From: a virus
Lineage: Duplodnaviria > Heunggongvirae > Uroviricota > Caudoviricetes
Length of the DNA stretch: 34,146 nucleotides
Strand: one strand, 5' to 3'
Virus record (IMG/VR): IMGVR_UViG_2541047954_000008
The translations under genes were made by a program, and so were the position numbers. Positions 9,822 to 19,141 of the stretch are shown here, piece by piece; positions within the stretch are counted from its first letter, which is position 1, and each line of letters starts with the position of its first letter. The notes under the pieces were generated by a model that saw only the letters and a program-made list of their open reading frames with translations, was not told the origin of the DNA and made no database searches.

Positions 9822-11027
9822 TTACGCCGCTGCAATCTTCAGCAGTTTGATGGCCTGCGAATCGACCAGCATGCCGCCGGTGCGCTTGGTGGTATAAAAA
9901 CCGACAAACGGTTTATTGGTGTACGGGTCACGCAGAATGCGGGTACCGATACGGTCAACGATGGTGTAACCCCGTTTGAAGTTACCAAATGCAATGGCTT
10001 TCGCATCAGCGGCAATATCCGGCATCTGTTCGTTTTCAGCGATAGCGTAACCCGCCAGAGAGGACGGCTGCCCCAGCTCCAGCCCCGGACGCCACAGATA
10101 GTTACCCTCACTGTCTTTCAGCAGACGGATGGCAAACAGACTGTTGTTGTTCATCATGAACTTCGCGCCAGTGCGGTGTGCCTTACGCAGCGTGTAAATC
10201 AGTTTGATAATGGCATCTGCGGTCACCGCCGTCGCTTCGCCGGATACAATATGCTGAAGTTTGCCGAACGCCCGGACCTTGTCTGTTTCATCCGTGGACT
10301 CATACGCCAGGAACCCTTTCGGCTTCTTGGTACCATCGCCGGTGGTAAAGGCAATTTCTTCCTGTTCGGCAAATTCGGTTGCCAGCTCGCTGTTGATCCA
10401 TGCTTCCACGTTGAAAAAGGCATCATCCAGCATTTTCTGGGTGGCCTGCGGGTTACCGTAGATTTCCCCCATGAAAGGTTCAATCAGGCCCAGTTTTGAG
10501 GTGGCAGTCTGGGAGCGCGCGTCAGTCTCGCCAACCCATCCGGAAGCCGTGCCGCCCAGATTCACCAGTTTTTTGTAGTCGGAACCACCAACGCTGATCA
10601 CCGTGGCTTCCTGGCGCATCACCACTTCATCTTTCAGCAGGGTGAGAATGTTGCGATCCAGTGCTTCCGGCACGGCATAGCCGCCGTCTTCATCGGTGCC
10701 CACCTGTAATGCCTTGCGCTCCAGATCGCGCAGACCATCTTCACGGCCTTTACGCAGGAAGCCCACAAACGCTTCTTTATGCTCGGTGGCCAGTTTATTT
10801 TGCGCACCACCTGCCGGACGTTTCAGCTCAAGCAGCTCTTTTTCAAGATCGCTTTTGAGGTTTTCCAGCTCGCTGAGTTTCCCGTTCAGGGTTTCCACCT
10901 GCCCGGCAAGTTTGCCTTTTTCCTGCTCAATCGCATCCACGCGCTTGTCGTTCTTTGCTTTGAAGTCGTCAAACTTCTGCTGCAGCTCCTGCGCGACCTG
11001 TTCGACATCTTTAATATCAACCGCCAT
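9822..11027 (-). CDS. Major capsid protein, HK97 fold, with N-terminal coiled-coil delta domain
   Basis: 401 aa; N-terminal ~100 aa heptad-rich (KLSELENLKSDLEKELLELK); AGGAGA upstream; follows prohead protease. Confidence 0.85.
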   Translation of the reverse strand: MAVDIKDVEQVAQELQQKFDDFKAKNDKRVDAIEQEKGKLAGQVETLNGKLSELENLKSDLEKELLELKRPAGGAQNKLATEHKEAFVGFLRKGREDGLRDLERKALQVGTDEDGGYAVPEALDRNILTLLKDEVVMRQEATVISVGGSDYKKLVNLGGTASGWVGETDARSQTATSKLGLIEPFMGEIYGNPQATQKMLDDAFFNVEAWINSELATEFAEQEEIAFTTGDGTKKPKGFLAYESTDETDKVRAFGKLQHIVSGEATAVTADAIIKLIYTLRKAHRTGAKFMMNNNSLFAIRLLKDSEGNYLWRPGLELGQPSSLAGYAIAENEQMPDIAADAKAIAFGNFKRGYTIVDRIGTRILRDPYTNKPFVGFYTTKRTGGMLVDSQAIKLLKIAAA

Positions 11028-11041
11028 CGTATTTCTCCTGA

Positions 11042-11692
11042 TTAGAAGTTTAGATTTTTCAGTGCATTCAGTGCAGAGCCCACATCCTCAGCGTCGCGCA
11101 GGGACAGTGCGCCATAGCCCCCGGCCATGAATGCTTTGGCCTGGGTACGGGAGAGTCCGACATCACGCAGGACTCTTTCGATTTTTTTCTGTTCGGGGAT
11201 TTCCCCGCGGGCCAGTGCGTTCTTGACGTCGCTGATCCGCGCCTCATCGTTAGACGGGAACGTCACCAGGCTGACTTCCCAGAGGTCGATTTCTTTCAGC
11301 AGAAAGGCTTCTTTGCTCCGGTCGTATTCCCAGTCTTTCAGGACGTACCCAATAGAAAGGCCGGTTAACGAACCGGCCTTCATGTGTGCATGTGCGCGTT
11401 TTGCGAGGGGATCATCATCAATAAGCAACCGTCCCCTGACGTAAAGCCCGACATCGTCTTCCTTCATTTCGGTGTAAACACCGATGGGTTCATCCATGCG
11501 GTGCTGCCAGAGCAGCGCAGGTAACGCTTTTCTGTCACTCCACGCCCGTAGGGAAGCAGCAAATGCCCCGGACATCACCACATCATCGTGGCTGTCCTTT
11601 ACACCAAAGACGGAGCCATACCCTTCAAACTCACCGGAGTCACTGACAGATTTCAGACTCAGCGGTACATCAAGACGTTGTTTCGTCTGCAT
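11042..11692 (-). CDS. Prohead protease (HK97 family)
   Basis: ATG 11692-11690 with AAGGA upstream; overlaps portal 3' end; synteny portal-protease-capsid. Confidence 0.75.
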   Translation of the reverse strand: MQTKQRLDVPLSLKSVSDSGEFEGYGSVFGVKDSHDDVVMSGAFAASLRAWSDRKALPALLWQHRMDEPIGVYTEMKEDDVGLYVRGRLLIDDDPLAKRAHAHMKAGSLTGLSIGYVLKDWEYDRSKEAFLLKEIDLWEVSLVTFPSNDEARISDVKNALARGEIPEQKKIERVLRDVGLSRTQAKAFMAGGYGALSLRDAEDVGSALNALKNLNF

Positions 11693-12911
11693 TGGCGTTA
11701 TCCTTCTGCTTACCGGCTTTACTGCCATCGGAGGGTTTCGTGGTCATGTTCATCGGTGTGAGATAGACATCCCCACCGGGACGCGGATTCATATCTTCCA
11801 GGTCGCGGCAGTCATTGGGAGAGTAAATTCCCCAGTTGATCCCGGTGGCGTAGGCTTCAAAACGGGACTTCATATCCCCGCGCAGTAACGCCCCGGCGTT
11901 AAATTTGGCGTAATAAACGCCCTGCTTACTTTTTCGTACCAGTCCGGTGTTGATCCGCTGTTCGATGCGGGTCAGATACGGCACCAGTGAATAGTTGATA
12001 AATCCCAGCCCCAGCTCTTCGATATTGTTGAAGGTGGCGCGATCGGTGTTCTGCACCATGTGCAACGGCACCCGGAACAGACGACAGATTTCTTCAAGCT
12101 GAAACTTGCGGGTTTCCAGGAACTGGCTGTCCTCGGCGTTCAGCGCCATCGACTTCCAGTCCAGCCCCATCTCAAGGATCATCGGGCGGTGAGCATTGCC
12201 AAGCCCGGTGTGACGCTCCTCAAAATCTTTCTTCAGGCGCTCATAAGCCTGATCCGACAGCGTCTGTTCTGTACGCAACACACCGGACGTCACCGCACCA
12301 TTGCTGAACAGTCTGGCCCCGTGCTCTTCGGTCGCTGCTGCCAGCGATATTGCCTCGCGGGCATAGGCGATGGGATTCAGTCCCACCAGACCGTCCAGCG
12401 TCAGCGTGCGCACATGCCAGATATCTTCCTGGCTCAGTACATCCGTGGAACCGTCCGGGAATGTGACCTGATAGACCGGCTCCCAGCGACTGTTAAGCTT
12501 CGGTACCACACAACCGGGATCGACGGGCAGCAGTTCAGCCACTTCGCCAAATGCTTTCACTTTGTAGGCGTAAAAGTTTCCCCTCAGGCACAGACAGGTG
12601 ACCACCAGCTCCCAGAACTCCTGCGGCGTCATATAGCCATTGGGATGCGTGGAGATCAGCTTATGCAGACGTTCGCCGGTGGCCCTCTGTTTCAGGCTGC
12701 CGTTCAGGTGATACAGATTGCAGGGCAACATCCCGACCGACTCTGCCAGCACTCTGACGCAGGAAAAAACCGCCGTCAGTCGCATGGCCCGCTGACTGCT
12801 GATCTGCTTTCCGGTATAGGTGTCGTAAGACAACCCGATGGCATCCGCCAGCTCTGCTGGCGTGGTCACCGGCGCGTCACTTTTTCGTTGAAATAATCCC
12901 GAAAAGAACAC
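11670..12911 (-). CDS. Portal protein (HK97 family)
   Basis: 413 aa, GTG start with GGAGGT 5 nt upstream, follows terminase. Confidence 0.85.
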   Translation of the reverse strand: MFFSGLFQRKSDAPVTTPAELADAIGLSYDTYTGKQISSQRAMRLTAVFSCVRVLAESVGMLPCNLYHLNGSLKQRATGERLHKLISTHPNGYMTPQEFWELVVTCLCLRGNFYAYKVKAFGEVAELLPVDPGCVVPKLNSRWEPVYQVTFPDGSTDVLSQEDIWHVRTLTLDGLVGLNPIAYAREAISLAAATEEHGARLFSNGAVTSGVLRTEQTLSDQAYERLKKDFEERHTGLGNAHRPMILEMGLDWKSMALNAEDSQFLETRKFQLEEICRLFRVPLHMVQNTDRATFNNIEELGLGFINYSLVPYLTRIEQRINTGLVRKSKQGVYYAKFNAGALLRGDMKSRFEAYATGINWGIYSPNDCRDLEDMNPRPGGDVYLTPMNMTTKPSDGSKAGKQKDNANADETTS

Positions 12912-13093
12912 TATTTACCTCCGCCGACAGACGGCTGTGTACGGTCGAGATATCGCGCCACCAGCCACGACCAGAACAGGCACAGCACCCCGGCAACAAC
13001 AAAACCCGCCGGGGGATAAATCAGCCAGGCACCATACGCCAGCAAAAGCGCACCCAGCACGCCCACCAGTGGCGCGAGAATTATCAGAAACAT
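12911..13093 (-). CDS. Small single-pass membrane protein between terminase and portal
   Basis: 60 aa, two hydrophobic stretches, GAGG upstream of ATG, stop overlaps portal GTG. Confidence 0.45.
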   Translation of the reverse strand: MFLIILAPLVGVLGALLLAYGAWLIYPPAGFVVAGVLCLFWSWLVARYLDRTQPSVGGGK

Positions 13094-13104
13094 AATGACC
13101 TCGG

Positions 13105-14862
13105 TTAAAGCGAGCGGATGCCCACGCTGACCAGATGTTCAGACAGATCCAGCTCCGGTTCACCACCATTGACCAGCATCCGGCTCATTGCTGTAAACAT
13201 CGCAACAGGGCCGTCGATTTTGGCTTCCAGCGTGGATTTATTCGGGAAGATATTGTCGTTTTTGTCCGGTTTTACCGTAACGTTAGACATCATCCAGTTC
13301 ATGACCGGATGATTGCTGTGATGGAAACGCCCGGCATAGACCAGTGATTCCGTTTCCTTCATGGCCTCTGACAGATTGCGAACCGTCTGCGGAACCTCCA
13401 CCAGCGGTATCCCTTCTTCAGCCAGTGCCAGGCTGAACTGCATCGCGCTCCACGGGTCAAATCCCAGTTCCCTGAGGTTTTCACCACCAATCCATTCCAG
13501 TAAGTCACTTTTTATCTGAGCATGATCGATAACATCACCATCCGTCAGAATCAGCTTATCCATCTCCGCCCACTTCCGGTAAAGTTCTGCCTGCTGCCGC
13601 GAGCATCGTTCCAGCCGTCCTTCCGGAAGCCAGAATTTAAAATCGGCATGAACATGCCCGTTATCCGTTCGCCAGAGTTTTGCCGCCGCACAGATATCAA
13701 TCTTATGAGCAAGGTCAACGCCGACCCACATGGGATACGTTTTCAGCTCATGTCGTGGGGCAATGTATTCGCACTTCTCCCACTTAATCATGTCCATCCA
13801 GGCAGACTCTGCTGTTACCCACACATTCATGTGTTTGGTAAAAAAATTCACCCGCGCAGAGACCTGTTCTTTCGCTTTTTTCGCCAGGCGACGCAGATCA
13901 TCCCAGCGTTTACAGATGCCCAGGCCGGGATTCGCTTTCTGCCAGACCGTTTCATCAAACGGATCATCTCCCTCATCGAGGGTGTAAATAATCGCAAAGT
14001 AGGAGTCGTCTTTTACCGCGCCCTCCACGTCGCTGTTATAGCCACGCAATACCTTGATGGCGTAATCACGCTGCTCGTAACAAATCCCTTCCTTGTTAAA
14101 CCCTGCCGTGGTGATACCAAATAAAAGGGACTGCAGACGGGCACCGGTTGCCGTTTCCAGAACGTCCCACACGTCACGGGTTTTATGTGCATGCAGCTCA
14201 TCAATAATGGCGCAGTGGATGTTCAGACCATCTAGGTTGTTTGCATCCGAAGAAAGCGGTTCAAATTTTGATGCGCTCTGCTCCTGGTAAATCGCCAGCT
14301 TGTTGAAATCAAACAACCGCCCGAGTGTCGACCGGGCTTTTCTGACCATATTTTTGGCGTCTTCAAACACGATTCTGGCCTGGTCACGCGTGGTTGCGGC
14401 TGAATACACCTCAGCTCCGCCTTCACCATCTGCCCCCGTCATATACAGGCCGATACCCGATGACAGAGTTGATTTTGCGTTTTTACGGGCGACTTCGTTG
14501 TACGCCGTCCGGAACCGGCGCACCATCACCGGACGTCCGCTGCCATCGCTGCGCATGACAACTTCCCCGGTCTCTTCATTGACCAGCGGAATGACAAAAC
14601 CAAAAATATTAATGAGGATAAATACATGCCAGTCCATCAACTCAATGGGCTGGCCTGCCAGCGCCCCTTTTACATGAGGCACAAATTTGTAGAAATTCAG
14701 GATGTGCTGCGCACGGGGTTCACTGAAATAAATCCCCCGCTCTTCGCCGTACTTCAGATCATCAAGAAAACGCTGGCAGGCCAGGCGGACAAATTCGCCA
14801 GCAACAATTTCTCCTGCAACAACACGTTCGGCGTAGCGGATCCCGTCAGCCACTTTTGCCAT
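13105..14862 (-). CDS. Terminase large subunit
   Basis: 585 aa; start overlaps small-subunit stop (ATGA); position between small terminase and portal. Confidence 0.9.
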   Translation of the reverse strand: MAKVADGIRYAERVVAGEIVAGEFVRLACQRFLDDLKYGEERGIYFSEPRAQHILNFYKFVPHVKGALAGQPIELMDWHVFILINIFGFVIPLVNEETGEVVMRSDGSGRPVMVRRFRTAYNEVARKNAKSTLSSGIGLYMTGADGEGGAEVYSAATTRDQARIVFEDAKNMVRKARSTLGRLFDFNKLAIYQEQSASKFEPLSSDANNLDGLNIHCAIIDELHAHKTRDVWDVLETATGARLQSLLFGITTAGFNKEGICYEQRDYAIKVLRGYNSDVEGAVKDDSYFAIIYTLDEGDDPFDETVWQKANPGLGICKRWDDLRRLAKKAKEQVSARVNFFTKHMNVWVTAESAWMDMIKWEKCEYIAPRHELKTYPMWVGVDLAHKIDICAAAKLWRTDNGHVHADFKFWLPEGRLERCSRQQAELYRKWAEMDKLILTDGDVIDHAQIKSDLLEWIGGENLRELGFDPWSAMQFSLALAEEGIPLVEVPQTVRNLSEAMKETESLVYAGRFHHSNHPVMNWMMSNVTVKPDKNDNIFPNKSTLEAKIDGPVAMFTAMSRMLVNGGEPELDLSEHLVSVGIRSL

Positions 14863-15344
14863 CAGTCTCTCGCTTTTAAAAGCTCCGCCAGCGGATCAAC
14901 ATCATCCGGTCCGGCGATATTTACTTTAGCCCGGCTTGCCGGTGACATACCAAACTCTGCAAGCATTGCCCGGATCCGCTTCCAGGCATCCGCTTTCATT
15001 GCCGCCGCGGGGTGCGCCTTAATCAGTACATCACCGCTCTGCGTTTTCGTGCGGTAGGTATACCCCTCAACATCGAGTGTTTCGCAGTGATGCCGATATT
15101 CGGTGTAGGCTTCCACCAGCAACTCGAGCGCACGCGCATCAAGCTGAGAAATGATCCCTTCCGCATTCAGCTCTTCCGCCATTCGCCTGAACCAGTACTT
15201 CCCCTGAGCCCCTAAATGCTGCGGAATTTTAGGAAGACCTTTTTCATCCTTTTTAGCGGTTTTTTTGTGGTCTTTAACGGGGCGCTTTGAGGGGTTGCCT
15301 CGAATCAAATGCAGGCGTGGCGGGGTTTTCGGAGGTCCTGACAT
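14862..15344 (-). CDS. Terminase small subunit (P27/HK97-type)
   Basis: 160 aa, basic N-terminus, immediately upstream of large subunit. Confidence 0.75.
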   Translation of the reverse strand: MSGPPKTPPRLHLIRGNPSKRPVKDHKKTAKKDEKGLPKIPQHLGAQGKYWFRRMAEELNAEGIISQLDARALELLVEAYTEYRHHCETLDVEGYTYRTKTQSGDVLIKAHPAAAMKADAWKRIRAMLAEFGMSPASRAKVNIAGPDDVDPLAELLKARD

Positions 15345-15492
15345 AATCGGTCTTACCTATCAATCGTTTGTTCACATTTCCAAAAAAAAGTTTTCGAACC
15401 TGCGGCGATGTGAGGAAGGGTCAGGCGGCGGTACTGAGCAGCCTGGGCTGCAGAGATTTGACCCGCCCCTCCCCTACAGATGGGAACTGTTA
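15345..15492. other. Candidate cos / packaging site region between HNH gene and terminase small subunit
   Basis: 148-bp non-coding gap in the HK97-type position; GC-rich ggcggcg and gacccgcccc motifs; inverted gggtca (15418-15423) / tgaccc (15459-15464). Confidence 0.35.
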
Positions 15493-15843
15493 TCAGTTGA
15501 TACGTTCGCGCGCAGTTTTTGCTTTATGGCAGGGCCAGCACAGACTCTGCAGGTTACTGTCTGCATCCGTGCCACCGTGAGCTTTCGGAATGATGTGGTC
15601 CACAGTTCTGGCTTCAACGGCTCTCCCATTGCGCAGGCAGTTCTGACACAGATGATTATCACGCTTCAGTATGCGCGCACGTATGGCATCCCATTTCGAG
15701 CCATAGCCACGCTGGTGGCGGCTCAGTCCGCGTTGATGCTGTACCCATCCTTCGCCACGATGTTTATCGCAGTAACCAGAACTGTCTGTGGTTGTACCTG
15801 CACATCCACGCTTACGGCAGGCGCGTGGGATTCGTGATGGCAT
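15493..15843 (-). CDS. HNH endonuclease (terminase-associated)
   Basis: CxxC...H-N-H pattern: CQNCLRNG...VDHIIPKAHGGTDADSNLQSLCWPCH; sits across cos from terminase. Confidence 0.85.
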   Translation of the reverse strand: MPSRIPRACRKRGCAGTTTDSSGYCDKHRGEGWVQHQRGLSRHQRGYGSKWDAIRARILKRDNHLCQNCLRNGRAVEARTVDHIIPKAHGGTDADSNLQSLCWPCHKAKTARERIN

Positions 15844-15885
15844 AAATACCTCATACCCTGCGAAATGTTTACCACGATAAAAAGG

Positions 15886-16350
15886 CTACTTAATGCACTG
15901 AGTGCGGATATACTCCTGTGCCCCTTCCAGTTGCATCTGCATCGTCATCAGCCGCTCTCTGAGGGTGAAATAATCCCGTTCAGCGGTGTCTGCCAGTCGG
16001 GGGGAGGCTGCATTATCCACGCCGGAGGTGGTGGTGGCTTCACGCACTGACTGACAGACTGCTTTGATGTGCAACCGACGACGACCAGCGGCAACATCAG
16101 CGCGCAGAGTTTCATTTTCAGCTTTCGCATTGGCTAATTCTCTCGAGTACTTTGCATCGAGCGCAGCAACATCACGCTGACGCTGCTGCATGTCAGCGAT
16201 GGTGGCGTTCGCCTGCTTCAGCTCACTGACTTTTTTATCACGCTGTTCTTTGTAGGCAATGGCGTTATCACGATAATGATTAACAGCCCATGACAGGCAG
16301 ACGATGATGCAGATAACCAGAACATAAATAATCGCGGCGACTCTGCTCAC
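15886..16350 (-). CDS. Rz-type inner-membrane spanin
   Basis: GTG 16350-16348 with GGGGGA upstream, overlaps endolysin stop; N-terminal TM then coiled coil; Rz1 embedded in +1 frame. Confidence 0.8.
   Translation of the reverse strand: MSRVAAIIYVLVICIIVCLSWAVNHYRDNAIAYKEQRDKKVSELKQANATIADMQQRQRDVAALDAKYSRELANAKAENETLRADVAAGRRRLHIKAVCQSVREATTTSGVDNAASPRLADTAERDYFTLRERLMTMQMQLEGAQEYIRTQCIK
15948..16130 (-). CDS. Rz1-type outer-membrane lipoprotein spanin, embedded in Rz
   Basis: 60 aa, signal peptide with lipobox VVVGC, proline-rich (PPPPPAW), wholly inside Rz in another frame. Confidence 0.75.
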   Translation of the reverse strand: MRKLKMKLCALMLPLVVVGCTSKQSVSQCVKPPPPPAWIMQPPPDWQTPLNGIISPSESG

Positions 16351-16880
16351 TGATCTATCCCCCAACAGGATAATGCGCTTTCCTGGTCACGACGAATAAC
16401 CTGTCCATAGCAGTTATTTGAACGGATACGGCAGTCACGCCCACCATCTTTTATCCACCAGCGAATCGCCTCGCATGCACCTTTACGATCACCGGCATTC
16501 AGCCGCTTATAAAACGTCGACGGGAAACACTTACCGGGGCCAATGTTATAGGGACAGAATGATGCGATACCGGCTTTCTGTGGCTCAGTCAGTGGAACTT
16601 TTATATTGCGCTCCACCCATGCCAGCGCCTTATCACGCTCAATGGCATTAACCTGAGCGCATTTTTCCTTCGACAGTTTCATTCCTGGTACGACTGGCTT
16701 ACCGTCCACCATCGTTGCACCGCGGCAGATGGTCCATATGCCGGAACCATCGCGGTATGCCGTAGTGTGGTTACCCTCTTTTTCATCCAGAAACTGGTCA
16801 AGTATTTGAGGAGCAGACGCGCCTGCAGCAATCAGCGCCAGAACAGCAGCTGACAGGCCGTATTTGATTTTTGCGCTCAT
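16347..16880 (-). CDS. Endolysin, phage lysozyme with N-terminal SAR-type hydrophobic segment
   Basis: 177 aa; N-terminus [16 protein letters not shown] then E...D...T catalytic spacing ([18 protein letters not shown]). Confidence 0.8.
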   Translation of the reverse strand: MSAKIKYGLSAAVLALIAAGASAPQILDQFLDEKEGNHTTAYRDGSGIWTICRGATMVDGKPVVPGMKLSKEKCAQVNAIERDKALAWVERNIKVPLTEPQKAGIASFCPYNIGPGKCFPSTFYKRLNAGDRKGACEAIRWWIKDGGRDCRIRSNNCYGQVIRRDQESALSCWGIDQ

Positions 16881-16935
16881 GGATATTTATCAGGATGCTA
16901 CCAATGAAAGATACTGGAAAGCCAACTGCAAAAAG

Positions 16936-17250
16936 CTAACAACCCGTAATCGAGTTATCAGAACTGTTAATTTTTATGGTATACCGCGCCTCTGAACAGG
17001 GGCGCGTTTGTGGCAACAGCTCGTCCCCTTCACATAACCCGGCAGCAACATCCAGGAAGACCTGTCTGATGCTCCTTCTGGCTGCTGCCTCATAAAACTC
17101 CAGCGCGGCACCTTCAACACGGTCCAGCGAGATGTCCAGGTCAAAAATTTCACCGTCAAAGCGTTTTTTGTCCCGTAACGCTAAAGTTACCGTAACTTTA
17201 TTCTCAAAATTGCGGATCCCTTTCACAATCAGTTCATAGTTTTGAGTCAT
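16936..17250 (-). CDS. Hypothetical protein between holin and endolysin (YdfR-like position)
   Basis: 104 aa, GGGGAGAG upstream of ATG; same placement as ydfR in the Qin lysis cassette as recalled. Confidence 0.55.
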   Translation of the reverse strand: MTQNYELIVKGIRNFENKVTVTLALRDKKRFDGEIFDLDISLDRVEGAALEFYEAAARRSIRQVFLDVAAGLCEGDELLPQTRPCSEARYTIKINSSDNSITGC

Positions 17251-17254
17251 TGAA

Positions 17255-17470
17255 TTACTCTCCCCGTGCAGCCTTACGCTTGTCTTCTCTGATTTTGAAG
17301 TACAGATTTGTCAGATAAGTCAGGAAGCCCAGAACCAGACTCCCCAGTACACCAATCGCAGCCCACTGTGACGGACTGACCTGATCAAGCCACTGTAAAA
17401 ACCAGTAGCCAGCACTGCCTGCGGAGGTGCCGTAGGCAATGCCCGTTGAAATTTTGTCCATGGATTTCAT
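17255..17470 (-). CDS. Holin, phage-21-type pinholin with dual-start motif MKSM
   Basis: 71 aa with two TM segments; ATG codons at 17470-17468 and 17461-17459 would give 71- and 68-aa forms; GGAGGTGAGG upstream. Confidence 0.85.
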   Translation of the reverse strand: MKSMDKISTGIAYGTSAGSAGYWFLQWLDQVSPSQWAAIGVLGSLVLGFLTYLTNLYFKIREDKRKAARGE

Positions 17471-17763
17471 AGCCTCACCTCCGCAAATAACGGATGGCGT
17501 AGTTTTACACTGAGAAATGAAAGGGATTTGAAAAGAAAAAACCGCAAAAGCGGGCGAAACGATATATACAGTAAGGAAAGCACTCTATCCAACAAACCAC
17601 CCACAGTTAATCGGAATAAAAGCAGAGTGCTTATGAATGATCGCCTGCCCGAAGGTTAGTATTTCTGCACAGCAATTTTGCAAAAAAAAAGCGATCATTC
17701 ATAACTTAAACGTCTTTCAGTCACTCAGGGATTTCCCATCATCGCAGACTGAAAGACTCTAAC

Positions 17764-17838
<75 letters not shown>

Positions 17839-17841
17839 ATA

Positions 17842-17917
<76 letters not shown>

Positions 17918-17919
17918 AC

Positions 17920-17996
17920 TGGACCGCCACCGGGGACTCGAACCTCGCACACTCAACTTAAAGGGTTGACGCTCTTTCCTGATGAGCTAGTGGCGG
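17920..17996 (-). tRNA. tRNA-like gene, anticodon UUU (Lys) if canonical, with C at position 33
   Basis: Acceptor CCGCCAC/GTGGCGG, anticodon stem UCAAC/GUUGA, loop CCUUUAA, encoded CCA; noncanonical C33 and one T-stem mismatch. Confidence 0.5.
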
Positions 17997-17997
17997 T

Positions 17998-18073
17998 TGG
18001 TGGCCCTTGCTGGATTTGAACCAGCAACCTGGCGATTATGAGTCGCTCGCTCTCACCACTGAGCTAAAGGGCC
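17998..18073 (-). tRNA. tRNA with CAU anticodon (Ile2 lysidine-type or Met), ileX/ileZ-like
   Basis: Acceptor GGCCCUU, anticodon loop CUCAUAA, T-loop TTCAAAT, encoded CCA. Confidence 0.7.
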
Positions 18074-18198
18074 GGGCGCGAAATAATACATATGCCAGTT
18101 CAGCTCTGCAATACCCCACACACACCTGATTCAATCCTGTATCTGCTTCATACATGGTAAAAAGTATGAGCAGCCAACAAAAAGTTACTCAGGCAATA

Positions 18199-18972
18199 TT
18201 AACGTACTCTGACTACATTAATTTTGAAGTCATCAATCTGCCCGCTATTAAGTATAACGAATGTAGAACTCCCATTACTGTACGATTCCGACAATATCAG
18301 CCGATCATCATAGCGTGCAAGAACGTAATACCAGACACTCTCATAGCGAATCATCTGATATTCATTCTTAAACTGGGGCTTGTACCAACCGGCAATAAGT
18401 GAAAATCCCCAGAAATAGATCATGAACCCAGCCATCATACACTCAATCCAGTGATGGCGAATAAAAGACATGTCCGAAAAAAATTTTACTGAAATAAGTC
18501 TTCTTCCTGACCTGACAAAAAACGTAATTATTAAGGCAGCAATAACGCATAAAACCAGTGCATCTGGCGCAACGCGTCGATGAATTACTGAAAACTCCAG
18601 AGCAGGCGGAACAAAAAGCAATAATATCGCCAGAAAAAGTCTGATAAAACTCAGATCCTGCACATTATTTTTTTGTTTGATCCCCAGGAAGAAAAAAACA
18701 CCTGTTCCCCATCCAATCAGGAATATAACAATGACTGTAACAGCATAAAAAAGGCTCCGGGCCACATCATCGACACCAGCCCCAACAACCCACCATGGGA
18801 AACCATAGTAAAAGGAAGTTCCCCAGCCATAGAAGTAAGCGCTCCCCCACCCAAGACAGCCCATATAAGCAACAAAAAGTGAAGAGTGCCTGAGCAGAGT
18901 ACTGTCATCCATAGCAACACCATTAACAACCCAAAAACATAACAACACATTGCATAACAAATGAAGCTCCAT
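18199..18972 (-). CDS. AT-rich cargo gene: polytopic membrane protein (about 6 TM helices, ~65-aa C-terminal tail), function unknown
   Basis: 257-aa ORF in a visibly AT-rich segment; hydrophobic runs e.g. FYAVTVIVIFLIGWGTGVFFFLGI; between the tR'-like terminator and the tRNA array. Confidence 0.6.
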   Translation of the reverse strand: MELHLLCNVLLCFWVVNGVAMDDSTLLRHSSLFVAYMGCLGWGSAYFYGWGTSFYYGFPWWVVGAGVDDVARSLFYAVTVIVIFLIGWGTGVFFFLGIKQKNNVQDLSFIRLFLAILLLFVPPALEFSVIHRRVAPDALVLCVIAALIITFFVRSGRRLISVKFFSDMSFIRHHWIECMMAGFMIYFWGFSLIAGWYKPQFKNEYQMIRYESVWYYVLARYDDRLILSESYSNGSSTFVILNSGQIDDFKINVVRVR

Positions 18973-19058
18973 TTAGTCAAGAAGCTTCATAGCAGGAAAA
19001 ACTCATAGCACAATCGCCATCACATTTAATGTTCTGTGTCTTTTTCGGGTATAAAAAA

Positions 19059-19074
19059 CCCGCTCGGCGGCGGG
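19059..19074 (-). terminator. tR'-like intrinsic terminator downstream of the Q-like gene
   Basis: Forward aaaaaacccgctcggcggcgggtt; on the transcribed strand the hairpin is followed by TTTTTT; 68 bp past the Q stop. Confidence 0.5.
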
Positions 19075-19141
19075 TTGTGCTTGCTTTTGCCATCACGTAC
19101 AAAATCGGCAAAATATCAGATTTGCATGAAATATATGCCTT

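Noticed and set aside
12060-12896. Plus-strand 278-aa ORF
   Set aside because: Antisense to the portal gene, His/Gln/Arg-rich with no ribosome-binding site.
13522-14124. Plus-strand 200-aa ORF
   Set aside because: Antisense to the terminase large subunit.
18717-18980. Second hydrophobic 87-aa ORF in another minus-strand frame of the AT-rich island
   Set aside because: Considered as a sign of a frameshifted or two-part membrane gene, but T-rich DNA yields hydrophobic translations in any frame; the 257-aa frame is continuous and starts at the same ATG region.
18100-19141. Shiga toxin or other known toxin genes in the Q-to-lysis cargo slot
   Set aside because: No A/B-subunit-like ORF pair is present; the slot holds tRNAs and a single membrane protein.
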